Source: Podarcis gaigeae (lineage: Eukaryota). Taken from it: DNA of 64,000 bases. The stretch lies in the NCBI GenBank assembly GCA_964106915.2, contig OZ066921.1; one strand, written 5' to 3'. The notes under the pieces are model-generated. The model made no database searches, was not told the DNA's origin, and worked only from the letters and a program-made list of their open reading frames with translations. Shown here in pieces: positions 1-15,849 of this stretch (position 1 is the stretch's first letter; every line of letters starts with the position of its first letter). The translations under genes and the position numbers were made by a program.

Positions 1-107
1 CAAGTGTGGCTGCAACGTCTGCATGGTAAAGGTGCCAGGAAAGCTCTGTTCCAAAGAAGGCTGTCCAGCATCCAGGCCAAGCCAGGTCTTAGCCTACAAA
101 CTGCCAT
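1..107 (-). CDS. PDF: Probable peptide deformylase (mitochondrial), first coding segment; gene runs off the left edge
   Basis: ATG at 107-105 in strong context (caattATGG) opens MAVCRLRPGLAWMLDSLLWNRAFLAPLPCRRCSHT, an Arg-rich, acid-poor mitochondrial-presequence-like peptide. A polypyrimidine/CAG acceptor precedes it at 133-135. It lies directly downstream of COG8 on the same strand, where PDF is in other vertebrates. No catalytic motif is inside the window, so identity rests on synteny. Confidence 0.6.
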   Translation of the reverse strand, partial: MAVCRLRPGLAWMLDSLLWNRAFLAPLPCRRCSHT

Positions 108-942
108 AATTGTGCTTCAGCCACAAAGCCATCTGTCCAAAGAACAAATAAATATAAGATGAGAAAATAAAAACAATGCAAAGACAACAGGTTCAAGCAC
201 TCCCAAGGGTTACTGCTGGAAAGATTCTAGAGTCAAAGGGTGGCCTAGCTAAGATCACTGGGAGGGGAAGGGCTGGAGGCTGGCGCTTGGGCAGAGCATC
301 CGCTTGGCTTTTGTATGGTCCCAAGTTCAATACCCAGCAGTGTCTCCAAGTAAGGGCTGGAAGAGACACACAGAGACCCGATAGGAAACCCTGGAGAGCC
401 ACTGCCCATCAGCATAGCCCGTACTGAGCTAGATGGACAAAGGATCTTTCTACTCCGTATGGCATTTTCCTGTGACTCTGCAGAGATGGAAAAAGCGGGC
501 TTCTCTGCAAAAGAAATACAGAAAGATTCTAAGATTTGCAGCAGCAAATCTAACATTTGCAGCAGCAAAATTAGGAGGCGGAATGTTCTGTACCCCTTCC
601 AATTAAATTTTGGATACCTCTCTTGTATATATTATCATCATCTATTTATTTCCCTCCAAGCAGCTCACATGGTTCCTTCCCACCGATATTTTAATTCTCC
701 CAATAACCCGGTGAGGTAGGGATATGCTGCGGGAGAATGAAGGGTCCAAGGTCATCCGGTGAGCATCATAGGAATGAGCGGAGGACTTGAACTCGGCTCT
801 CCCAATGCACTCTTGACCAGCAAAAGGCCAGAACTCTGCTGCTGGGCTTCTACCTGCAGGGAGGCTCGTTCTAATTTATTTTAACATCGAGGAGGGTTTC
901 AAAATGTGGGTCCCCCACCCGCAACCAGGACCTCAGCCCTAC

Positions 943-1050
943 CTGACTCCAAGTCTCAAGTTTCAATGAGGACGCCCAACTTCCTGTCTTGACAAACCAC
1001 GCGGAGAGAGGAAACCGGAAGTGCCCGTGGATGCTGGGAAATGTAGTTCT
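943..1050 (-). promoter_or_regulatory. Housekeeping-type promoter and non-coding first exon of the PDF-like gene
   Basis: ZNF143/SBS motif GAACTACATTTCCCAGCATCC (minus, 1029-1049); ETS/GABPA CCGGAAGTG at 1015-1023 and ACTTCCTG near 979; donor CAG|GTAGGG at 943/942 that can splice to the acceptor at 133. Confidence 0.6.
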
Positions 1051-1644
1051 CAAAACAAAGAACGGCACCACTCCGTGGCAGGCGGGGTCCTTGCAGACGC
1101 TTTAGGTCAGCTTCTTCCATAAGAGGATGCGGTTGTGTAGCAAAGGGGAGAATAAGATCCCTCTTGAAGTGACAGATTTCCCCATCATATCATTGGTGCA
1201 GCTGCCTCAGGCTCATCTGCTTCACCTCAGCCCTGCTGCTAAAGTTAACACCAGCAAGTTTTAACCCTGAATATTTGCTGCATTTCCACAGATGCACCCC
1301 TCAACTACCTGCTAGGGGGGGAAATCCTTCCAACCAATCTAGACAAAAATTGTTCTAGCCTTTTCTGTGCAGAGACTTAATCCAATTAAGACTCCCTCAC
1401 ACTTACCTGCTACCTTTTTAGGACTCCTAGACACAGTCTACCCTTCTCTCCCTGCCTCCTGTCCACTTTGCTTAAAATCCACTCCACCCCGCCAAAAAAT
1501 GAGAATTTTGAAGCATTCAAAATCTCACTCACTTGCTGTCCTGGGCCATTTTAACTTGCCCTGGTGATGGAGCTGTTGTTTTAAATTTGTTTATTTCACA
1601 TCTACTAAAGCTCAGAGAAACTAGGATCTAAACTCTTCTCCTAC

Positions 1645-1842
1645 CTGTGGAATGCCCTCCCTTTAAATGTCAAGGAGATAAAGAACTACAGAACTTTTAG
1701 AAGACATCTGAAAGCAGCCCTGTATCGGGAAGTTTTTAATGTTTGATGTTTTACTATGTTTTATATATGCTACAAGCTGTCCAGAGTGGCTGGGGAAATC
1801 CAGCCAGATGGACAGTGTATAAATAAAATTATTATTATTATT
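1645..1842 (+). mobile_element. LINE (L2-like) 3' end fragment
   Basis: ctgtggaatgccctccc...ccagagtggctgggg...ccagccagatgg...ataaataaaattattattatta. The same tail recurs at about 24670-24778, with related tails at about 24330-24490 (+) and 23790-23945 (-). Confidence 0.6.
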
Positions 1843-2275
1843 TAAACCTCATTTCTTGGACTTCCAACTGCAGATGATCTTGGTCTTGGCTAGCAGGTTT
1901 CCTCTTCCTGTAGCACCAACTAAAGTAATTATCCTCTTCTGAAGGGACAGCTACAACCTAAAGCAGTTGGTAGAACAGTGGGATTCCCGCACTCAGCAAG
2001 TTGGACTTTCCAAAGAAGAAATTCATACCTAGTCTGAGACATCAAGAGAAAACTGGCAGATACACATTTTATTCTGCAGCTTAAGGCATCAGGCAATTCC
2101 AGAGGAGAGGAAGATAAGGATGACACACGAGTGTTTTTGGTGAATGGGGCCCAGAAAAAACTGGTACTGACTGATACCTAAAGCGACTAGCCTCGGGAGA
2201 GAAGATTCAGGGGCCCACTCTCTTCACAGTACAGTATAGTGAGGTACAACACAGAGAACCAAACAAGCAATCAAG

Positions 2276-2281
2276 TTTATT
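2276..2281 (-). terminator. COG8 polyadenylation signal AATAAA
   Basis: tttatt on + strand about 220 nt past the COG8 stop, followed on the minus strand by a GU/U-rich tract (ttgattgcttgtttggttctctgtgttg). Confidence 0.55.
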
Positions 2282-2498
2282 CAAACCCTGATCCACCTTC
2301 ACCAAAATTCCTTCCTCCCAGTGTCCACACCCAACTTCCTTCCCACCAGAGCAATGAAAGCTCAACTCAGTCTGTCCTTGAAGTGCTGAAGTAGAACCCA
2401 AACCCAAGAGCTGTGCCTGCGCATGGCAGGAATGAGTCTCTCCTCAGTCAGGTTCAAGTATCATGGAACCCCGGAAAACAGGCAAAATCCAGTGAAAA

Positions 2499-3955
2499 CT
2501 ATTCTAGAGGAGCACTCAGCAGCAAGGCATCACCAGAAGCTGCACTGCTCTCCTCTGCTTCCAGAACAGGGACTGGGGCACTGGGATCTGCTTCCTGCAT
2601 GGCATCAGGGAGTTTCAAGTCCAATGGAGGAGGTGCTAGGCTTTCTTCAGTCAGCCTTTTCTCCTCAGACAAGGGATAGACAGTCTCTTTCTCCGGCAGG
2701 ACTGAGGCCAGGAGCTCCTGAATCAGCTGCTCATCCACACAGCCAAGACTGCCATATTTGTGCAGCTGTGTTGGGGGAACACCTAGCAGTAAAAAAAGAA
2801 AATATGTTAAAATGAGAAGTTAAAATCTTACATCAACCCTAAGCTAGAGAACATTCCTTGTACTACTGCCAATTCTCTTCTCTCTCTCTCCCTTCCCCTG
2901 GCAGTAGCCTGAGCTGTTGAGAACAGATTTCAATGACTTGAAAGCCTACAAGGACCACCACCAAGCAACCCCACCCCACAAATGTGCTGTTCACAAAGTC
3001 ACAAGCAGAAGCCACTCATCCACCACAGGCCAGGGCTCAGCTGCAAGCTCCTTCCCCACCAAAAGAGTTCAAGCAGCCATACCCAAAGTCTGTGCAATTT
3101 GTGCTGGGGGAAAGAGGAGCTGCAGACAACGGTTGAGGTAGGGCACCAAGTCTTCCAGAAATGCCATGCAGAAGTGAATGAACAGCTCTTGCTCTCGGCT
3201 GCTGAAGGCCACAGCCTCTGCCCGGTGGAAAACCAAAATGACCTTTGTCACCTGCAAAGAGAAAAAGAGAAGCTAGAATTTCTTGGTTTGGTGTCCAAAT
3301 GGAAGGAAGGGACTGCAGTACTACTCAGCATGCTAGCCTCATCAAATGGTCAAAATAAAAGCCCAGCTAATCAGTCTGAGCACTGGAACGCGGGTGGCGC
3401 TGTGGGTAAAAGCCTCAGCGCCTAGGGCTTGCCGATCGAAAGGTCGGCGGTTCGAATCCCCGCGGCGGGGTGCGCTCCCGTTGCTCGGTCCCAGCGCCTG
3501 CCAACCTAGCAGTTCGAAAGCACCCTCGGGTGCAAGTAGATAAATAGGGACCGCTTCCTAGCGGGAAGGTAAACGGCGTTTCCGTGTGCAGCTCTGGCTC
3601 GCCAGAGCAGCGATGTCACGCTGGCCACGTGACCCGGAAGTGTCTTCGGACAGCGCTGGCCCCTGGCCTCTTGAGTGAGATGGGCGCACAACCCCAGAGT
3701 CTGGCAAGACTGGCCCATACGGGCAGGGGTACCTTTACCTTTACCTTTAATCAGTCTGAGACACACCCAGAGGCTGAGTGAAAAGATGTCACATACTACC
3801 TTATAGAGCAGGGACTGAGAACCTTTGATCTCTCAAGTGCCACAGTCTCCTGGCAGGCAATCCAGCAGGGGCCATTTGCTGACAATGGGTGGTTAGAGCT
3901 AGTGGTGAGCAAGTTCAGTAGCAAAAACAGGCGAGGTCAACCACTTTCTCCTTCC

Positions 3956-4003
<48 letters not shown>

Positions 4004-6859
4004 AGCCCACCCAAAGCAGGGACTGATTGCTGTTGTCAGATGCCTGAATTGGTTGCTTGCAAAGGGCTTCTTGAAATAAGGCAGAGGCTCATCCCTGAAC
4101 AAACAGACAGCAGCAACATGAGAGGGAACAAGCATAAACTCACAAACATGACCTGCCAAGTTGCTGAAAAGGGCTAGGAAACTCCAAGGAGTATGACTAA
4201 AGATAAGGCTGCAAGCAGCTAAAACTCTGCTGCTAGCAAATTTCTGTCCTGTCACCTAGACATCTGAAGCATTTTTAATCCAGCCTCTTGGTGCACATGA
4301 GCAACAGAGAGCCCCACCTGGCCAAGTGCATCCTCCAGGGTAGCCGCCACGTCTGGGGCAAGAGCCACAGGGCAGCAGAGGCGCAGGTCGTTGAAGGCTA
4401 CCAGGATGTTGTTGAGGAAGCAGGCGAGTGGTGGGAAATCTAGCAGCACCATGGGGGGCTGCAGGGTGCCTGGCTGGGCAGAAGGAGCCATTGCTACAGG
4501 GATGGTGCTGCTGCTGCTACCCAAGGCAGTCGGCACAGAGATTAGCGTGTAGGAGTTCATCTCCTCCTGGAATTTGTTCACAGCTTCCTGCATGGCTCTC
4601 TTGAAGGTGACCAGTGCCACCCGCTGAAATATGGGAATGAGCAGGCCCCGGAAGTCCGCTCCAACACGGCTGAACGAGAGGCCAAAGTACATGCACTGGC
4701 CCAGCAGGGAGTCCAGGCGGCTGCCCACACCACGCTGCAAGTCACGCTCAAGCACCAGCAGGAACTGGGAGACCTTCTGCAGGACCCACCCATGGAAGAT
4801 GGCACTTTCATTGAGGGTGTCCTGCCCAGGGGGAGGCACCAGCGGGTCCTCGTCAGCAAAAATGGCACGGTACTGCGTGACAATGTCAAAGAGGTGCACG
4901 CGGCAGGCCTCAATGGTCTTGGTAATATGTACATAGGGGTCGTCACCAGGAACAGCAGCAAGGATAGAACGTAGCCAGATGTCCCGTGCCTGCAGGAAAG
5001 TAATTCGTAGCTCAGCCTCAGTGAAGACATCCATGCAGCGAAGGTAGCCAATGATGCGCAAGCAGGCTGGCAGCTGAATGTTGGTGCGAAGCTGCTGGAT
5101 CAGCTGCGTAAGCATGAGCTGTGTGGACTGGCGCACCTCTGCCACTATGCCCTGGGAAGGAGAAGAGAGACAAAATCAACTTCTGTTACTCATGGTTCCC
5201 AAACCATGCTGATCTCAATACTGCACAAACTATTTTATTTTCACTACAGTCCTTATGGATCATCCATGTGATCACTTATGGAGAGGGTCTACAGGTCAGT
5301 GGCAGATTTACCTGCTTGATATAGTAGATACACTCTGGCTGCCAGAGTAGACAATACTGGGCTTAGTGCACAGTCAAACCTGGTATGAGGTAACTGCATT
5401 TTATAATGATGTGTACTTTTGGGAACTTTTAAAGAGGCATAACTTGCTGTCATCCTGAGTTCCTTTAGGAGGAAGAGTGGGATATAAACATGGTAAATTA
5501 ATAAAGTGTTGTGACCTTAACAATGCATTCTTCTTTGCAGATGGAAGAAGGGCTTTATTGGATCAGAACAGGACCTGCCTCATCTCAGCTTTCTGTACAA
5601 GAATCCCTGCAACTAGCAAATTAGACATTAGCCAAGAGTCGTTAGTCAGTGATGGGGTGTGGTCTACCTTCTATCTATCCCTGCTTTACAGATTGCACTT
5701 AAAGAGATCAGTGGCTTGTATCCTGCTCTTGTTGAAAGTCAAAGAAACAGATCCCTACAGCACATGCACAAACCCTGGCTGCAATAAGCAACATAAGCAC
5801 TTAGTCAAGAAAAAAGGCAACAAGAGAAGAAGCCTCAGATCCAGAAATATTCTGGCTTCTACAAACAGAACATGACAGCTCATGATCTGGGCCTTGGGTA
5901 TCACCTGGATCAAACTTAGGAAACCAGCACAGAAGCCACACCACCTCTGCCTCTGTGAGCCATGGCAGAGAAAACAAATGCAAAAGGTTGGAGATGCCTT
6001 TCTTCGCTAAGCTTTTGCTCAGGTCCTGAAACTCTAGTAGCAAATAGTTGGGACCTACTATCACCGTATGGCTTAAGGCAGCTCTGGCACCTGCCAGGCT
6101 CAGAACATGTCTGCACCTGGATGACAGGGATGGTGGCATGCTTCTTCTCCAGGCGGCGGACATAGGACACCAGCTCCAGGGCCTCCTCGTAGTAACTGTT
6201 GCGGACGCAGGTGTCCATCAGCTGGGGGATCTCCAGCACTTCCAGGATCTCTGTGTGGAGGTTCAGAGTCAGGCTGTTCATACGGCGGTTCTGAGCAATC
6301 TGTTCAGCCTCCTGCATGAAGTTCCTGGAGGCAGGAGCAAAAGAAGAAAGCAGGTTAGGCCAGGAAAAGCAAAGGGGGAAGCCCCCCCTAACCCACCCAT
6401 TCCAATGGCAGTGAGTTCCATAAGTTAACGGTGGGGCGCCCCAGGATTATTCCTGCCCCCAAAAGGAGTGTGGCGGCAGCCTTGGCCTCCAACTCCTCCT
6501 GCTCACCGGCAGGCCTCGGCGAAGGGTGGGAGGCGGCCCAAGAGGCGGTCGAGGCCCTGCTCGATGCCACCGAAGCCGCGACGCGTCTCAGCGGTGCATT
6601 CGGCGGAGCGGATGAAGGTCTTATAGTGGGCGAAGGCCAAGGCCCGCGTCTGCGCCCCGAGCTGCGCTCGTTCCTCCGCCAACCGGCCGGGTTCCCTCCG
6701 CAAGGCCTCCAGGCCCAGCCCCGCCAGAGCCGACAGGTAGGCCGCCAGCTCTGCGTCCCCCGCCGCCAGGGGAGGAGGCAGCGGCGAGGTCGCCCCGCGG
6801 AACAGCCATGCCAGCAAGCTCGCTTCCTCTAGGTCCGCCGAAGGCTCTGGGGCCGCCAT
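2499..6859 (-). CDS. COG8: Conserved oligomeric Golgi complex subunit 8 (5 coding exons, about 615 aa)
   Basis: Exons 6859-6507, 6324-6117, 5151-4318, 3251-3083, 2782-2499; all GT-AG, in phase, total 1848 nt. Dor1-family motifs LAFAHYKTFI, LEIPQLMDTCVRNSYYEEALEL, LLGQCMYFGLSFSRVGADFRG, PPMVLLDFPPLA. Confidence 0.97.
3381..3747 (+). mobile_element. Full-length Sauria (Squam1) SINE in COG8 intron 3
   Basis: tRNA-like head with B box GGTTCGAATCC, (ACCTTT)n tail, 13-bp TSD taatcagtctgag at 3368-3380 and 3748-3760. Confidence 0.92.
3961..4000. repeat. (CT)n microsatellite
   Basis: About 20 perfect CT units. Confidence 0.95.
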
Positions 6860-7157
6860 CGGGCCTTCCTCGACGTGGACCAGGAAGTGATCGCTATGGC
6901 AACCGGAGGCTAGTCCTCCGTGGCAGATCCGGGTGCCGCTCTGCCTGAAGCCTCTGTGTTCGTATGACGTGACCGGGAGGTCACGCAACGACGCTCCGAC
7001 ACTTGCACTCTATTATGACCATAGACATTTTTCTGGGTGTCAGCCTAGAGAGGGGAGCCTATTAGTTTGATGTTGTAACTTCCGCTTCGCGTCTTTGATC
7101 CGAGGCTTCCCTGAATTGGAACCACGCGGGTCTCCGGCGTCTGTCTCGGGAGGTGCG
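6860..7157. promoter_or_regulatory. Bidirectional CpG-island promoter of COG8/NIP7
   Basis: The two ATGs are 298 bp apart, head-to-head. CpG-rich, with ETS CAGGAAGTG (about 6881) and ACTTCCG (about 7078), RFX X-box-like TCGCTATGGCAAC (6891-6903) and CRE-like TGACGTGA (about 6965). Confidence 0.8.
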
Positions 7158-9649
7158 ATGCGGCCCCTCACGGAGGAAGAAACGCGCGCGCTCTTCGAGA
7201 AACTATCCAAATAGTAAGCGGGGTGGCGGTGGCGGCACTTGTGTTCTCTGGGTTCATTAGGCTTTATGATTAACCCATGGAACTCACTGACACAAGATAT
7301 TCGGATCCCCACCCAATGGACTTCCAGAGGGAATTAGAGAAATCAGTGAAGGAGGGGAAGTCTGTCTCTTGCTGTTGGCCCAGAAAGTAAAATGGAAGCG
7401 TCATTGAACCATAGCGGTGGAAGATACCGCAAAGGTCCTCTAGCCCACCCCAATGGATGTAGAGACTCACAACATTATAGGCAGGCAGCAACCAATGCTC
7501 TGCTGTGCGGAAGGGGGCACCCACCTTCTCAGACAGACTGTACCAGTGTGGAATAGCTCTTCTTAATCTTCTTGCCACGGAATACCACTAGCTGGGAGAC
7601 AACAGCAGGAGAACTAGATGGGTCGTGTTTAATGCAGAAAAATAATTACAGGGGTTATAGGGAAGTCAGGACAATAGTTTAAAATTGAAGTCTTCATATA
7701 CAGAGGCAGTATGTCTTAGAAATGGCTGCTGTTCTCCACCCCTGCTTGCTGGCTCCCTGCAGGCATTTGACTTGCTTTTGCCAGGAGGAGGAGGCTGAAC
7801 TAATTGGGCATTTGGTCAAATCTAGCATAAGAGGGCTGTTCTCATGTTTTGTGGGGACTGGCTGATAGTGTGTCTCTTTGTTCCAACCTTTTTAAGTATT
7901 GGTGAGAACATCCAGCTCCTGGTTGACCGGCCAGATGGTGCCTACTGCTTCCGCCTGCACAAGGACCGAGTCTATTACCTCAGGTGAGGAGGCCCTAAAT
8001 ACACCCTGGGGCATGTTATTAATGTTAACACCTTCATCCATAACACACATTAAGTAAAAATAAAAGGATGGATCTTTGAACATGTGTAAGGCTTTCTTCC
8101 TCTTCCAGAATGTACCCACGTCTCTGTGGCTGGGGAGAAGAGTAGAGGCATCTATGGGGGAAAGTGCCTGTTTTCTTTTGTAAGATGCTGCTTGTTCTCA
8201 CTACAGAGCTGCAAGGTGCTGGGAAAGAGATCTTGTGTTTTTAGCAGCAGAAGAGCAAAAGATGTAAAAGGAGCAGAACTGAACTAAGGGAAGCTGTACT
8301 CATGGACAGTCTTTCATATGCAAATGAAGGACAGAGAGGAGGGACTTGGTCTCATAATTTAACTCTGAGCTCCCGTCTTGTCTGATCCAGCTTTTGGCAC
8401 ATTTTATCACTTCCAGTGCAAGTGCAACACATTGTATTTGGGGACGAGGAGTGGCTATGAGGTCTTGCTTGTTTTAGGGTTGCTTGGATTAAATCCCCAA
8501 ACCTGCCTTTTCCATCATCAGTATCCCTTATTTGGTTTAGGTACTTTAAAGCTTCCCATCTCCCCTATGGGTGCAGGTACTTGGAGTGTGTCTCAGGCCA
8601 CAGCATGTTTCAGTGATGCTCTTATGATGACTTTGGAGCTTCTGAATCTGGAGACACAGAGTCCTAATGATAAGTCTTTGCTTTCTGTTTCTTAGTGAGA
8701 AGATTCTGAAGCTTGCTACAAACATCCCCCGGGAGAATCTGGTGTCTCTCGGCACCTGCTTTGGAAAGTTCACCAAGAGCCAGAAGTTCCGACTCCACAT
8801 CACTGCCCTCGATTACCTTGCTCCCTACGCCAAGGTAAAGATGGCACAGAGGACCATTTATTTGAGGGGCACTATCCTACCAAAATAGGTACCGCTCTGG
8901 TGGGAAGGTAAATGGCGTTTCCATGCGCTGCTCTGGTTTCGCCAGAAGTGGCTTAGACATGCTGACCACATGACTCGGAAGCTGTACGCCGGCTCCCTTG
9001 GCCAATAAAGCGAGATGAGTACTGCAACCCCAGAGTCGTCTGCAATTGGACCTAACAGTCAGGGGTCCCTTTATCTTTACCTAGCCTACCAAAAATGTCA
9101 AAACACCTGTAGTGCTGTGTGGGGTGGGGACCTGCTAGCTGTTTATTGGGAAGGAGGGTATTTTTTTTCCTTGTGCTAATCTAAGGAGGACAAGAAAGGG
9201 AACCTGTGTAGTGGTACATTTATTGTAACTCAAAGAGGATATCTCTCATTTTTTTCCTCATGCAGTACAAAGTGTGGGTGAAGCCTGGGGCAGAGCAGTC
9301 CTTCCTTTATGGGAACCACATACTGAAGTCTGGCTTGGGGCGCATCACAGAGAGCACTGCCCAGTACCAGGGTGTGGTGGTATATTCCATGGCTGACGTC
9401 CCCCTGGTGAGTGACACTTAGTGGGTAGGTGGGTGGGTGGGTTGGATGGTTGGACCTGAGTGAATTTGAAGTTAAGACAATGCCCCTCCAAGGTCTTAAT
9501 GCCTTCCTTGTTCCAATTGACCTTCTTAGGGCTTTGGAGTGGCAGCCAAGTCCACCCAGGAGTGCCGGAAAGTGGACCCCATGGCGATCGTGGTTTTTCA
9601 CCAAGCGGATATTGGAGAATACATACGGCATGAAGAGACACTGACATAA
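7158..9649 (+). CDS. NIP7: 60S ribosome subunit biogenesis protein NIP7 (5 exons, 180 aa)
   Basis: Exons 7158-7213, 7897-7983, 8696-8834, 9266-9406, 9530-9649 (543 nt). [33 protein letters not shown]...[10 protein letters not shown]...[17 protein letters not shown]...[16 protein letters not shown]. Confidence 0.98.
8888..9081 (+). mobile_element. 5'-truncated, older Sauria SINE in NIP7 intron 3
   Basis: Similar to the 3' half of the SINE at 3381; ends in cctttatctttacc; flanked by an imperfect direct repeat cctaccaaaa. Confidence 0.8.
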
Positions 9650-10504
9650 ATGGCAGGGCAGAAAGCCCCAAAGACTGACTTTCCCACCCTCCTCAGATAG
9701 AAGCTGCAGGCTTTCAACCAGCCTGTGCCCCTTTTCATGCAGACTGTGGATGGCGCAACTGTGTAGGTTGTTAAACTGCCAGCAAAATATCTACCTACCT
9801 CCTGATGGCCACAGGGAGACTGTAGATGAGTCACAAAACTTTGGGATGTAGCTGCAGGCCTGGCATTTCTAGGGACACAGCTACAATTCTGACACAGTAA
9901 AGCTATTTCATTTTTCTCCTTTCATTGTCTTGATTCATCTGATGTTCAGGGAACTGGTTACATTACAGCCTCTTTTATTTTGCCCTGGGCTTTGGGGCTG
10001 GGGAACCAGAGGTGTTTCACAAAGCCATGGAGAACCAAAAGCTAGATGTTCTCTTTTCCTCCCACCTTCCCTGCTGCAGCTGCCTTTGCTTCCAAGCTGG
10101 CTGCCTCTAAAGGAAGAGGAAGGAATCTTGTGTTTGGTTTGTGTGTCTGCATGCGCACCCCCATTTACTAACTATGCCCTTCATGTACCTCTTGCTCAAT
10201 GTAAAAATCTCACATACCTATGCTGTGGTTGCAGCAGGACTCCCGCATTTTGAGTCATTTTATTTTAACTTGGGGCAGTTTTCATTTCAAGTCAACCAAC
10301 CCCCCTGTGGCTCCTCTGGAAGAATACTTGGATTTTTCAGCCAACACCCCTCCCCCCACCAGAAAGGAAGCCGCACCAACAGGTGGACGCGCCCTTGCTC
10401 TCCTTGGCTGCTTGCAGGTATTTAGTCAGTTGGGTGTTAAGAGGGTGGCAAGGAGAGAGCAATTTGGCTTTTCAGCCTGGCATAAATAGCCTTCTGAAGC
10501 AGCC

Positions 10505-14476
<3,972 letters not shown>

Positions 14477-15849
14477 CTACCTGCTGCTTGCCAGACTTCT
14501 TGGACTGCAATTCCCATCAGCCCTAGTCTCAGATGGTTGTGCTGATGTAACCTGTAGTCCAAGAGATCTGGAGGCTAGGGGAGGCAGTGGTAAAGTGTTC
14601 CTTCAAGCACAAGCCTCTTGCAGCAGTTGAGCAGCAGAGCACTAGGCCCTGTACAGGTGAGGCAGCCGAGGGGCAGACAGAACATTGATTCCTCACCTTT
14701 CCTCCTAAGATCTCCAGGTGGCATACCTGGTTCCTCCAACACCATCTTTTTAATAACCACCACCCTGTGAGGTTGAGAGGCTGCCTGGACCAGGCTGACC
14801 CAGGGAGTTTTCCTGCTCAATGCTTTGAAACTGGCTGGAACCAGTCCCTCATAGCCTGACATTCTGGCTAATTCAACCACCACACTGGTATTCTTTGCTG
14901 CAGGTTTCCTGTTGGGGCATTTGGCTGGCCGCTTTGAAAACCAGGTGCTGGACTAGATGGGCCCCTATTTGACCAGATTATTCAGCTGCTGCAGGGCTCT
15001 TCTGATGCCTTTATGCTAAAAGGCAACAGGAAATGGTCATATCTATTCTGTCTCAGACGAAGGCAGGTTACCCAACAGCAAAAAGCACAGAGCAAACAAA
15101 TCTGCTATACTAGAGGGTAAGCAGATCACACTTTCATTACTGCAACTCACACATACTGCATTTTAAGTCCCAAGACTGTAGTTTGATTTAAATAGTATCT
15201 CTTTCCTATTAAAGCCCTTTCTTGGGGAAAACTGCCCTAACTAGTTTGCCCTTTTCTTTGCCCAGAGTGTGGCTGCATTCCATTCCACCCACTTCAGCGC
15301 AAATCTTTCTTGTCTCCTTGTTACTCAAAAGTTCTCCCAAAGCACAAACTCTGCTTGCTTGTACCAGCTGGTGCTTGAAGGACAAAGTGTGTATCGCAGG
15401 AGGAAGTTTTCCCAGCAGCTGAGATAAGAGAGGAGGGCCCCTCTGGGATAAAATCTGCTCATGGGGAAAAAAGCTAACCACTTTCAAGATCTGTGTAGTT
15501 TTGGTGGTGAGGCAGAGGGAAAGCACAGCCACAACCCATTTTGCACTTGTGTCTGGTTCTATCCACGCTACACCATCAACCGCTTCTTGGACTCACAGAA
15601 GCCAGCATGTCCTCCAACACATTTGAAGTTCAAACAGTACCACCAGCTAAAAAAAGGAACAGGAAAAGCAGTGGTGACAGGAACAATCTGCCCCAATAGG
15701 AGAACAACTAGCAACACCTTTGTCCTGCCCCAGAACGCCTGGAATGCTAGTGCCAAACCAAATAGCATGATGGAGATTCCTTTTAATTATCATGGAAGCA
15801 GCGCCTGTTAAAGGAACATGAAATACAGAAGTTGGGGGGAAAACGCACT

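Noticed and set aside
3385-3465. tRNA-like sequence with A/B boxes (also about 49950-50030)
   Set aside because: It is the head of a Sauria SINE, not a tRNA gene.
6860-6988. In-frame upstream extension of COG8 from a TTG start
   Set aside because: Lies within the bidirectional promoter; the ATG at 6859 gives a normal-length COG8.
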